Source: Myxococcota bacterium (lineage in GTDB: Bacteria > Myxococcota_A > UBA9160 > UBA4427). From it: a stretch of 31,949 nt of DNA. The DNA is taken from contig JAYZFK010000089.1 in the NCBI GenBank assembly GCA_036336835.1, positions 1-31,949 of the forward strand, read 5' to 3'. This document shows positions 16,187 through 24,690 of this stretch, in pieces (the stretch's first letter is position 1; each line of letters opens with the position of its first letter). The notes beneath the pieces are model-generated. The model did no database searches. It had not been told where the DNA came from and saw only the letters and a list, made by a program, of their open reading frames with translations. A program made the translations under genes and the position numbers.

Positions 16187-16995
16187 CGGTCGCAGCGCGC
16201 CCCGGTCCCCCGGCTCGTTCCACGGCTGCGCTCGTGTGGCTCGCGCTCATCGTGGCCTCGTCGGCCGTGCTGGTCGATCTGCTGGATCACTGGTGGACCA
16301 GCGCCTGGGCCCGCTACAGCCTGGTCTTTGTTCCCCTGGCCCTCTTCGTCGCCCATCGAGGTGCGGGTGTCGCAGCGCGGCCAATCAGCGCTCCTGTCAT
16401 CGGCCTGGGTGTCTTGATCGAGGTGCTCGCCGTCGGTGGTGGCTTCGATCGCTGGGGACGCATCGGACTGGCGGTGGCGCTGGTCGGGATGACCGGCATC
16501 CATCGGGTAGGAGGCTGGAGCCGACGGCTCTGTGTGTTGTGGATCGTCCCCATCCCCGCATTCCTACACGCACAGCTCGACCTCACTGCGTTCTGGGCGC
16601 AGATCGGCGCCGCCACGTCGCGACTCTTGGGCCCCGAGGTGCGCTGGGCCGACTCCGTGTTGTGGATCGACTCGTCGGGTCTTCCGCTGTTCGCCCCTGA
16701 CGGTGGTCTCGCGGTCGTCGCGCTGCTGGCGGGCATCGGCTGGCATGCGAGTGCGTACGCGGGGGCCTCGCTGCGCGCCGCCGCTCTGCAGGCACTGCGT
16801 TGGGGAGCGCTCGGAATCCCGATCCAGGCGGCTGCGGTGGTACTCGCAGCCGTGTCGCTGGGCTGGCTCCCGCTCGAGTCCAGCGCCCTGCGCACGGTGC
16901 TCTGGAACGCACCGTGGATCGCGGGGGCAGCGTTGGGACTCGCAATGCTGCCGAGAGCGATCCAGCAGGCGGATCGTCGTCGCGAAGCGAGGTAG
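16183..16995 (+). CDS. exosortase (EpsH)-like multi-pass membrane protein, catalytic triad apparently absent
   Basis: 270 aa, about 8 hydrophobic segments. N-terminal LLDHWWTSAWARYSLVFVPLALFVAHR, central WIVPIP, then LLGPEVRWADSVLWIDSSGLPLFAPDGGL, matching exosortase layout. GTGA-coupled to the co-polymerase. Confidence 0.65.
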   Translation: MTVAARPGPPARSTAALVWLALIVASSAVLVDLLDHWWTSAWARYSLVFVPLALFVAHRGAGVAARPISAPVIGLGVLIEVLAVGGGFDRWGRIGLAVALVGMTGIHRVGGWSRRLCVLWIVPIPAFLHAQLDLTAFWAQIGAATSRLLGPEVRWADSVLWIDSSGLPLFAPDGGLAVVALLAGIGWHASAYAGASLRAAALQALRWGALGIPIQAAAVVLAAVSLGWLPLESSALRTVLWNAPWIAGAALGLAMLPRAIQQADRRREAR

Positions 16996-17005
16996 CCTGC
17001 CGAAC

Positions 17006-17593
17006 GTGTCGGGGCTCGGCGTCGCGAAGGACGGCAGCGCGGTCTTTCTGGATCGCGACGGGGTGCTGCTCGAGCACGTGCGCTATCTCCGTCGAACCGA
17101 CGACGTCGAGCTGATCCCGGCCGCGACTGCGGCCGTCCGGGCACTGAACCAGGCGGGTGTCGCGGCGGTCGTGGTCACGAACCAGTCGGTGGTCGCGCGC
17201 GGGATGTGCAGCGAGGGCGAGCTCGAAGAGATCCACGCCGTGATGCGGCGCAAGCTTCAGCCCGCCCGTCTCGCCGGCGTCTACTACTGCCCACACCTGC
17301 CGCCGGGCCCAGGTGAGGCTGCGCGTCCGCCGTATCGCGTCGAATGTGATTGTCGCAAGCCCTCGCCGGGCCTGCTCGAGCGTGCGTCGACCGAGCTGGG
17401 AATCGATCTCGCCAGATCGCTGATGATCGGTGACTCGACTTCCGACGTCGAGGCAGGACGCCGTGCCGGAGCCGCGACGGCGTTGGTGCGCACTGGCGTC
17501 GCCGGTCGCGACGCACGCTATGATGGCGCGGAGCACGTCTTTGGCGACGTGGGCGAGGCCATTCGCTGGTGGCTCGCGCAACGGCCGAAGTAG
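17006..17593 (+). CDS. gmhB: D-glycero-D-manno-heptose 1,7-bisphosphate phosphatase (HAD-IIIA)
   Basis: AVFLDRDGV, VVTNQS, YYCPH...CDCRKPSPG and SLMIGDSTSDVEAGRRAG. Confidence 0.88.
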   Translation: MSGLGVAKDGSAVFLDRDGVLLEHVRYLRRTDDVELIPAATAAVRALNQAGVAAVVVTNQSVVARGMCSEGELEEIHAVMRRKLQPARLAGVYYCPHLPPGPGEAARPPYRVECDCRKPSPGLLERASTELGIDLARSLMIGDSTSDVEAGRRAGAATALVRTGVAGRDARYDGAEHVFGDVGEAIRWWLAQRPK

Positions 17594-17631
17594 CGGCGCG
17601 GTCCCGCGGTGTTGCAGCGAGGAGAACCAAT

Positions 17632-18219
17632 ATGAGCGAATACGGCTATGCGGACTATCTGCGCGAAGCCCACGAGATGATCGACGGCGTCGAGGCCGCC
17701 CAGGTGACGTCCGTGTGCGACGCCATCGAGACGGCCTGTCGCAAGGGCCACACGTTGTTTGTCTGTGGCAACGGCGGCAGCGCCGCCAACGCCAGTCACT
17801 TTGCCGAGGACATGGCGACCCTCATGCTCGACGCCGAGGCGGGAACCCGGCTGAAGACCGTCGGGTTGACCGATGCCGGACCGTTCATTCTCGCGGTTGC
17901 GAACGACCTGGGGTACGACCAGATCTTCGAGCGGCAGCTGATGGTCCATGCCTCGCCGGGCGATGTGCTGCTCTCGATCAGCGGCAGCGGCAACAGTCCG
18001 AACGTGCTCCGCGCCACCAAGTGGGCCCGCGCGAACGGCATGTCGACGCTCGGCGTAACGGGCTACGACGGGGGCGAGCTGGGACGCGCGGTCGATCAGG
18101 AGCTGCGCGTGGCGTCCTTCAACATGGGCATGCTCGAGTGCGTGCACCTGCTGTTGCTCGACTTCATCGTCAAGGAGCTGCGCTTCCGCGTTCGCGGAAT
18201 CGCGCACCCCGATCGCTAG
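17632..18219 (+). CDS. gmhA: SIS-domain phosphoheptose (sedoheptulose-7-P) isomerase-like protein
   Basis: CGNGGSAANASHFAED, ANDLGYDQIFERQL, GDVLLSISGSGNSPNV and TGYDGGEL. GAGGAG RBS. Confidence 0.85.
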   Translation: MSEYGYADYLREAHEMIDGVEAAQVTSVCDAIETACRKGHTLFVCGNGGSAANASHFAEDMATLMLDAEAGTRLKTVGLTDAGPFILAVANDLGYDQIFERQLMVHASPGDVLLSISGSGNSPNVLRATKWARANGMSTLGVTGYDGGELGRAVDQELRVASFNMGMLECVHLLLLDFIVKELRFRVRGIAHPDR

Positions 18220-18422
18220 AAGAGCGTGTAGATGAAGGGGGCAGCTGCGCTCCCGCCGAGCAGGACCAGCAGTCCGAGGCCCAGCACCGAGATCACGATC
18301 GGCGCCAGCCACCACTTCTTGTTGTCCTTGAGGAATTCGACGAACTCGCCTACCAGGCTGGGGCTTTCGCCTTCGGCCGCCTGGGCGGCAAAGTCCTTCG
18401 CTTCCTTCGGGTCGTCGGACAT
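18216..18422 (-). CDS. DUF5989 / SxtK-like small membrane protein (68 aa)
   Basis: EFVEFLKDNKKWWLAPIV...GGSAAAPFIYTLF. ATG 18422 with AGGAG RBS. Third gene after the carbamoyltransferase and SxtJ-like gene. Confidence 0.85.
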   Translation of the reverse strand: MSDDPKEAKDFAAQAAEGESPSLVGEFVEFLKDNKKWWLAPIVISVLGLGLLVLLGGSAAAPFIYTLF

Positions 18423-18454
18423 TGCTGTGGTCTCCTGGCCGCGGGACGCGACTG

Positions 18455-18904
18455 CTAGAACTGCTTGAAATAGCTCTCGGCGGGCCGCGCGGAACGGCAC
18501 TCGCTCCAGTAGGTCTCTGCGTCTGCGTCCGGGCGGTTCTCGAGCGGATCTCGGCCCAGCATGCGCATCAGCAGGCCGATCGGACTGATGATGACGAAGA
18601 ATAGCGTGGCCATGATCACATGGGAGAGCACGAAGCCGATCGGATAGGCCGCGATCGACAGGCCGATGAACAGCGGCTTGTTCGCCTTCGGATGGACCAG
18701 CGAGACCAGCGCGGCCAGAAGCCCGATGCCGACCAGAGTGAACGTTACCGTGTCGCGCGCCTCGCCGAGCCAGCCACCCGCGAAGATCGCGCGCTCGAAC
18801 CACACGAGCGCTCCGATCGCGCCGAAGCCCACCAGGGCGATGAAGCCGAACTGGCGCAGCATTCGCTCGTCCGGGTCGCGGTTGATGTCGATCATCTGGG
18901 CCAC
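18455..18904 (-). CDS. SxtJ-family membrane protein
   Basis: LRQFG, TM helices, PIGFVLSHVIMATLFFVIISPIGLLMRMLGRDPL...TYW...YFKQF. Confidence 0.85.
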   Translation of the reverse strand: MAQMIDINRDPDERMLRQFGFIALVGFGAIGALVWFERAIFAGGWLGEARDTVTFTLVGIGLLAALVSLVHPKANKPLFIGLSIAAYPIGFVLSHVIMATLFFVIISPIGLLMRMLGRDPLENRPDADAETYWSECRSARPAESYFKQF

Positions 18905-18931
18905 GCTGTCTCTCTCCGTCCCTCGGACGCG

Positions 18932-20761
18932 CTAGTCGAGCGCGAACTCCGACAGGTAGGCCTCGACGTCGACTTCCTTGGCGTCGGGCTGCTCCCGCTT
19001 GAGCAGGATGAAATTCTCCAGCACCAGAACGTCCATGTTCGTCGCCATGAAGCAGCGGTAGGCGTCGGCCGGGCTCTCGACGATCGGCTCACCGCGGACG
19101 TTGAAGCTCGTGTTGATCACGACCGGGCTGCCAGTGAGCTGCTTGAAGCTGCTGACGATGCGGTAGAAGCGCGGGTGTCGCTCCATGTCGAGCGTCTGCA
19201 CTCTCGCAGAGAAGTCGACATGGGTGATCGCCGGTACGACAGAGCGGTGCTGTTGGAGCTTCTCGAGCCCGCGCTTGCCGTCGTCGTCGACGGGAAGCCG
19301 CTTCGCTTGCTGCACCGGAGCCACCAGCAGCATGTAGGGAGAGTCCTCGTTCGGGCGCATTTCGAAGTACTCGGCTGCGTCTTCGCGAAGCACCGCTGGC
19401 GCAAACGGCCGGAACGATTCGCGGAACTTGATCTTCAGATTCATCGTCGCCTGCATCTTCGGCGACCGGGCATCTCCCAGGATCGACCGAGCGCCGAGCG
19501 CGCGCGGCCCGAACTCCATCCGGCCGGCCAGGTGTCCGACGACCTGCTCGTCGGCGATCAGCTCCGCGATCCGGTCAACGCACTTGTCTTCGTCGTCGTA
19601 TTCGCGATACACCGCACCGGCCTCGTCGAGGAAGGCGCGGATCTCGTCGCGACCGTACTGCGGGCCGAGCAGCGCGCCCTGCATCGCGTCGCGGCCGCCC
19701 GGGTCGCGCGGGTTGTCGAGCAGCTGATGCCAGACGAACAGCGCCGCACCGAGCGCGCCCCCCGCGTCGCCGGCCGCCGGCTGGATCCAGATCTCGTCGA
19801 ATGGCCCCTCGCGCAAGATCCTGCCGTTGGCAACGCAGTTGAGCGCAACGCCGCCGGCCAGGCACAGATTCTTCATGCCGGTCTTCTCGTGGGCGTGGCG
19901 TGCGATGCGCAGCACGATCTCCTCGGTCACGACCTGGATCGAGGCAGCGATGTCCATCTCGCGCTGCGTGATGTCGCTCTCGGACTTGCGAGGCGGTCCG
20001 TCGAACAGCGTGTCCATCTTGGGCGACGTCATGACGTCGTCGTAGCAGTAGGCGAAGTAGGACATGTCCATGCGGAACGAGCCGTCGTCCTTGAGATCCA
20101 GCATCTCGTCGAAGATGCGGTCGGCGTAGATCGGCTCGCCGTATGGGGCGAGCCCCATCAGCTTGTACTCGCCGCTGTTGACCCTGAAGCCCGTGAAGTA
20201 CGTGACGGCCGAGTAGAGCAGCCCCAGCGTGTGCGGGAAGCGAAGCTCCGGGAGCAGCTCGATCTGGTTGCCGCGGCCGGCCGCGATACTGCCGGTGGCC
20301 CACTCCCCCACGCCGTCGAGAGTCAGGATCGCCGCCTCGTCGAACGGCGACGGGAAGAACGCGCTCGCGATGTGCGACTCGTGGTGCTCGGTGAAGACGA
20401 AGCGTCCGGCGTAGCGTTCGTGGAGACCGGCGCGCAGCTCGCGCCGAGTGTGGAGCTTCTGCTTGAGCCAGAGCGGCAGGCCCATCAGGAACAGCTTGAA
20501 ACCCCTCGGCGAATAGGAGACGTAGGTCTCGAGCAGGCGGTCGAACTTGAGCAGAGGCTTGTCGTAGAAGGTGACGAGGTCGAGCTCGTCCTCGCCGATA
20601 CCGGCCTCGCGCAGGCAGAACGCAATGGCCTGCTCGGGGAAGTTGTAGTCGTGCTTCTTGCGCGTGAAGCGCTCTTCCTGTGCGGCCGCGACGATTCGAC
20701 CGTCGCGCACCAGGCAGGCGGCGCTGTCGTGGTAGTAGGCCGAGATCCCCAGGATGTTCAT
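18932..20761 (-). CDS. O-carbamoyltransferase (NodU/CmcH/SxtI family)
   Basis: MNILGISAYYHDSAA, QEERFTRKKH, EHHESH, TLDGVGE, GEYKLMGLAPYG, AGGVALNC, QPAAGDAG, EFGPRALGARS, KFRESFRPFAP and NTSFNVRGEP. Confidence 0.95.
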   Translation of the reverse strand: MNILGISAYYHDSAACLVRDGRIVAAAQEERFTRKKHDYNFPEQAIAFCLREAGIGEDELDLVTFYDKPLLKFDRLLETYVSYSPRGFKLFLMGLPLWLKQKLHTRRELRAGLHERYAGRFVFTEHHESHIASAFFPSPFDEAAILTLDGVGEWATGSIAAGRGNQIELLPELRFPHTLGLLYSAVTYFTGFRVNSGEYKLMGLAPYGEPIYADRIFDEMLDLKDDGSFRMDMSYFAYCYDDVMTSPKMDTLFDGPPRKSESDITQREMDIAASIQVVTEEIVLRIARHAHEKTGMKNLCLAGGVALNCVANGRILREGPFDEIWIQPAAGDAGGALGAALFVWHQLLDNPRDPGGRDAMQGALLGPQYGRDEIRAFLDEAGAVYREYDDEDKCVDRIAELIADEQVVGHLAGRMEFGPRALGARSILGDARSPKMQATMNLKIKFRESFRPFAPAVLREDAAEYFEMRPNEDSPYMLLVAPVQQAKRLPVDDDGKRGLEKLQQHRSVVPAITHVDFSARVQTLDMERHPRFYRIVSSFKQLTGSPVVINTSFNVRGEPIVESPADAYRCFMATNMDVLVLENFILLKREQPDAKEVDVEAYLSEFALD

Positions 20762-21086
20762 CGTCGCCTGCCGACCTTTCCCCGCAGTGTCCGGCGAGCC
20801 AGGATAGCTGAACCGGTCAGTCTGGAGCTGCCGAAACGCGTGGAGGGAGCCCCACCGCACGATTCCGATCGGAACGGCGACCGCACGGCTTGACCAGGCA
20901 TTCGCTGCCCGGGACTGCCAGGCTTCGCGCCTGCGTGGCCGCACGGGCTCCGGCAGAGCCGGGAACCGTGCGGCTCGAAGTGCGATCTGATGAGGCTAGA
21001 CTCGGGCGCCCGGGCCAGCTGCGCAGGGTCGGGCCGTACGAGAGATACCCGGCACGCTACTGGGGCCACTCACCCAGGCGAGAGGC

Positions 21087-22571
21087 ATGAGCAGTCGCGC
21101 CGACACCCATACGCAACCGCAACCGCAAGGGCAACGGGAAGACGAGAGCGCCCCCCCGCTCTATGTCGATCTCGATGGCACGCTGATCTCGAGCGACATG
21201 CTGTGGGAATCGTTGTGCCAGCTGGCGCGCGGTCGGCCTGCGTCCGTGCTGCGCATTCCCGGTTGGCTCGCCCGAGGGCGTGCGGTCCTCAAGCGGCGTG
21301 TCGCCGAGCAGGTGCGGCCCGACGTCAGCGCGCTTCCCTACCGGCCCGAGGTGCTCGCCTATCTCGAGGCGCAGCGCCGCTCGGGCCGGCGCGTCGTGCT
21401 GGCGACGGCCAGTGACGATTCGCTTGCCAGGGAGATCGCCGACCATCTCGGCCTGTTCGATGATGCGTTCGGCAGCGACGGGGCCGAGAACGCGAAGGGC
21501 CACGCGAAGCTGCGCTCGATCCGCGCCCGAGAGGGCGACGGGCCCTTCGAGTACCTGGGCGACTCCGCGGCCGATCTCGCGATCTGGCGTGCGAGTGCTG
21601 CCGCAACCCTGGTGGCGCCCGCTGCCAGGACGGCTCGCGCAGCCGAGCAGCTCGGCGTGCCGACCCGCACCCTGCTCGCGCGGCCGGGCCGGCTCGGCCC
21701 GGCGGTGCGTGGGCTGCGCGCCTATCAATGGGTGAAGAATGCCCTGCTGTTCGCGCCGCTCGTGCTGGCCCAGGAGTTCGGCGATGCCGAGCGTCTGGTC
21801 CGCGTGGGGCTCGCCTTCGTCGCCTTCTGCTGCGTGGCCTCTGCGACCTATCTGCTGAACGACCTGCTCGACATCGAGGCCGATCGGCGCCACCCGCGCA
21901 AACGGAAGCGCCCGTTCGCGGCGGGCACGCTGCCGATCCCGCTCGGCGCCGGGCTCTCGCTGAGCCTGCTGATCGCGGGCTTCGGCGTGTCGGCCGCCTT
22001 CGCCGGGCCTGGGTCGACCGCCATGCTGGGCGGCTACCTCGCCCTGACCGTCGGCTACTCCTTCTACTTCAAGGAGCAGCTGTTCCTGGACGTGTTGATC
22101 CTGGCGGGGCTGTACACGCTGCGCGTACTGGCCGGCGGCGTCGCGGCAGACGTTCCCGTGTCGCCCTGGCTGCTCGCCTTCTCGCTGTTCTTCTTTCTGA
22201 GCCTCGCGTTCGTCAAGCGCTATGCGGAGCTGCTTAGCGTGCAGGCGACGCAGGGCGACCGTCTCGAGCGCCGTGGCTACGAGGTCGGCGACCTCGGGCT
22301 GGTCGAGACGATGGGCACCGCGGCCGGCTATCTGTCGGTGCTGGTGCTGGCTCTCTACGTCAACGGAGCCGCCGCGACGGGGCTGTACCACAATGCAACG
22401 CTGCTCTGGGCGGTGTGTCCGGTCATGCTGTACTGGATCACGCGGATCTGGTTCCTCGCGCGCCGCGGCAGCATGCAGGACGATCCGGTGCTGTTCGCGG
22501 CCACCGATCGGGTGTCGTATCTCGCCGGCGGCGTGATCGCGCTCGTTGGGGTGGTGGCGGCACTGCGGTGA
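21087..22571 (+). CDS. HAD-fused UbiA-family prenyltransferase (polyprenyl-phosphate phosphoribosyltransferase-like)
   Basis: N-terminal HAD domain (VDLDGTL, LATAS, YLGDSAADL), then RAYQWVKNALLF, YLLNDLLDIEADRRHPRKRKRPFAAG, KRYAEL and DDPVLFA. Confidence 0.92.
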   Translation: MSSRADTHTQPQPQGQREDESAPPLYVDLDGTLISSDMLWESLCQLARGRPASVLRIPGWLARGRAVLKRRVAEQVRPDVSALPYRPEVLAYLEAQRRSGRRVVLATASDDSLAREIADHLGLFDDAFGSDGAENAKGHAKLRSIRAREGDGPFEYLGDSAADLAIWRASAAATLVAPAARTARAAEQLGVPTRTLLARPGRLGPAVRGLRAYQWVKNALLFAPLVLAQEFGDAERLVRVGLAFVAFCCVASATYLLNDLLDIEADRRHPRKRKRPFAAGTLPIPLGAGLSLSLLIAGFGVSAAFAGPGSTAMLGGYLALTVGYSFYFKEQLFLDVLILAGLYTLRVLAGGVAADVPVSPWLLAFSLFFFLSLAFVKRYAELLSVQATQGDRLERRGYEVGDLGLVETMGTAAGYLSVLVLALYVNGAAATGLYHNATLLWAVCPVMLYWITRIWFLARRGSMQDDPVLFAATDRVSYLAGGVIALVGVVAALR

Positions 22572-23935
22572 GTCTTCGCCCCGAGCGCGAGCGGCTGGCC
22601 GGCTGGGGCAACTTTCCGATCGAGGAGTGCTCGGTCTACCGGCCCGAGCGACGGGCCGAGCTCGAGGCGCTGGTCGTCGAGGCGGAGGCGCCGCACTGGA
22701 TCCCGCGCGGTCTCGGGCGCGCCTATGGCGATGCTTCGCTCAACGCCGGCTCCGGGGTGATCCTCGCCGAGGGACTCGACCGGGTACTCGACTTCGATGC
22801 CGATACGGGCGTGCTGTGGTGCGAATCGGGGCTCTCGCTGGCGGAGATCATCGACCTCTTCCTGCCGCGCGGCTTCTTCTTCCCTGTGACGCCGGGTACC
22901 AAGTACATCACCCTCGGCGGTGCCATCGCAGCCAACGTCCACGGCAAGAACCACCACAGCGACGGCTCGATCTCGGCCTGGCTCGAGGACTTCCGGCTGC
23001 TGCTTGCGACGGGCGAAATCCTCGACTGCTCGCGCGAGCGCAATGCGGACGTATTCTGGGCGACGCTGGGAGGGATGGGGCTCACCGGCTACGTGCTCGA
23101 TGCGCGGCTGCGACTCAAGCGCGTCGAGAATGCCTACGTCGCCGTCGACTACGAGAAGGCGCGCGATCTCGACGCGGTGCTCGAGAGCTTCCTGCTCCAC
23201 GATCACGACCACGTCTATTCCGTGGCGTGGATCGATACGCTCGCGAGGGGCGCATCGCTCGGCCGCTCGGTGATCATGCGCGCCAACCACGCGCTGCCCG
23301 AGGATCTGCCCCGGCGAGCCCGCAGCGCGCCCTTCGACGTTCGCACGCGCAGCGGCCTCTCGTTTCCGTTCCAGCTCCCGAACGGGACGCTGAATCCGTT
23401 CACGATTCGCGTCTTCAACGAAGTGTTCTACCGGAGCCATCGCGACGGTCACTTCGTGACCGACTGCAACCACTTCTTCTACCCGCTCGATCGTGTGCGG
23501 CACTGGAACCGCGGCTATGGCTCGCGCGGCGTGATCCAGTACCAGGCGCTGATCCCGCGGGAGACCGGTCGCCGGGGGATGGTCGAGATCCTCGAGACCT
23601 TGACCGCGGCCAACTGGCCCTCGTTCCTGTCGATTCTCAAGCCGTTCGGCGAGGCCGACGCGGGCCTGCTGTCCTTCCCGCGGCCGGGTCTCACGATTTC
23701 GCTCGACTTGCCGGCTCCGGGAGCCGATCTACTAGGGGTGGTGAACCAGCTCGACCAGATTGTCCTGCGTCACGGCGGGAGCGTCTATCTTGCGAAGGAT
23801 TCCTGTCTGCGGCCGGACGCGCTGCCGGCCATGTACCCCAAGCTCGACCGCTTCCGCGCGTTGAAGGCCCGGGTCGATCCGGATGGGCGTATCTCGTCGT
23901 CGCTGGCGCGCCGCGTCGGGATCGTGGCACCGTGA
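22568..23935 (+). CDS. DprE1-like FAD-dependent polyprenylphosphoryl-ribose 2'-oxidase
   Basis: LAGWG, RGLGRAYGDAS, VTPGTKYITLGGAIAANVHGKNHH, GGMGLTG, YSVAWID, FFYPLD, WNRGYG and YLAKD. GTGA-coupled to UbiA. Confidence 0.92.
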   Translation: MSLRPERERLAGWGNFPIEECSVYRPERRAELEALVVEAEAPHWIPRGLGRAYGDASLNAGSGVILAEGLDRVLDFDADTGVLWCESGLSLAEIIDLFLPRGFFFPVTPGTKYITLGGAIAANVHGKNHHSDGSISAWLEDFRLLLATGEILDCSRERNADVFWATLGGMGLTGYVLDARLRLKRVENAYVAVDYEKARDLDAVLESFLLHDHDHVYSVAWIDTLARGASLGRSVIMRANHALPEDLPRRARSAPFDVRTRSGLSFPFQLPNGTLNPFTIRVFNEVFYRSHRDGHFVTDCNHFFYPLDRVRHWNRGYGSRGVIQYQALIPRETGRRGMVEILETLTAANWPSFLSILKPFGEADAGLLSFPRPGLTISLDLPAPGADLLGVVNQLDQIVLRHGGSVYLAKDSCLRPDALPAMYPKLDRFRALKARVDPDGRISSSLARRVGIVAP

Positions 23936-24002
23936 AGCGGCGGGCTCTGCGGTGCGGGCGCCAGCCGTTGCCGGTCGCCCTGGTGTGCGGGAGGACCCCG
24001 CG

Positions 24003-24680
24003 GTGAACGCGAACTCCCTGCAGAATGCGGGACTCGTCGTCCTGCTGTTGATTGCGGGCGGTGTCTCGTGGGCCTTCCAGCTGCGCGCGCCGCTCGGGGT
24101 CGACAGCGCGGCACTGGTCGCCCTGCCCCACGAGGTGCTGGCCTGGGAGGGGCGCGACGTCCCGATGGAGGGCTCGGTCGAGGAGATGCTGCGCGCCGAC
24201 CAGCACGTCCAGCGGAGCTACTTCGATCAGGCCGGCGGGCGCGTCTGGCTGTACGTGGGCTACTACGGCACCAAGCGCGGCGGCCGCTCGGAGCACACGC
24301 CCTGGGTCTGCTATCCGAGCGCGGGCTGGGACGTGCTCGGTGAGCACTCGCGCAAGCTCCCGGTGGGCTCCGGCTCGGTGATCCAGGAGATCGTGGTCGA
24401 GCGCGGCGGAGAACGCCGGCTGGTCCACTTCTGGTACCGGACCTCGCGCAGCGATCACGTCGTGGGAGAGCTGCCGCACGCCTGGGACCGTTTCCTGGGG
24501 CGGCTGACCCTCGGACGCGCGGATGGCGCGTTCGTGCGTCTCAGCACGCCCCTGGAAGGCGAGAGTCCCGAATCGGGGCGCGCGCGGCTGCTGTCGTTCG
24601 GGCGTGCGCTCGACGAGCAGCTCGCGGTCCACTGGCCCACCGAGGCGCTGGCTGGCACTCCGCCGGGCCGAGACGGCTAG
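24003..24680 (+). CDS. epsI: EpsI-family (exosortase-associated) periplasmic protein
   Basis: N-terminal TM segment, [37 protein letters not shown] and [20 protein letters not shown] before GTG 24003. Confidence 0.85.
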   Translation: MNANSLQNAGLVVLLLIAGGVSWAFQLRAPLGVDSAALVALPHEVLAWEGRDVPMEGSVEEMLRADQHVQRSYFDQAGGRVWLYVGYYGTKRGGRSEHTPWVCYPSAGWDVLGEHSRKLPVGSGSVIQEIVVERGGERRLVHFWYRTSRSDHVVGELPHAWDRFLGRLTLGRADGAFVRLSTPLEGESPESGRARLLSFGRALDEQLAVHWPTEALAGTPPGRDG

Positions 24681-24690
24681 ACTTTTCCGC

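Noticed and set aside
18216..20761. Saxitoxin biosynthesis cluster
   Set aside because: Only sxtI/J/K-like genes are present. sxtA, sxtG and other core genes are absent from the window.
18620..20893. 757-aa + strand ORF
   Set aside because: Antisense shadow of the carbamoyltransferase and SxtJ-like genes, with no recognisable motifs.
20762..21086. 325-bp divergent intergenic region as a possible ncRNA or sigma-54 promoter
   Set aside because: No GG-N10-GC consensus, riboswitch signature or convincing structure found by eye.
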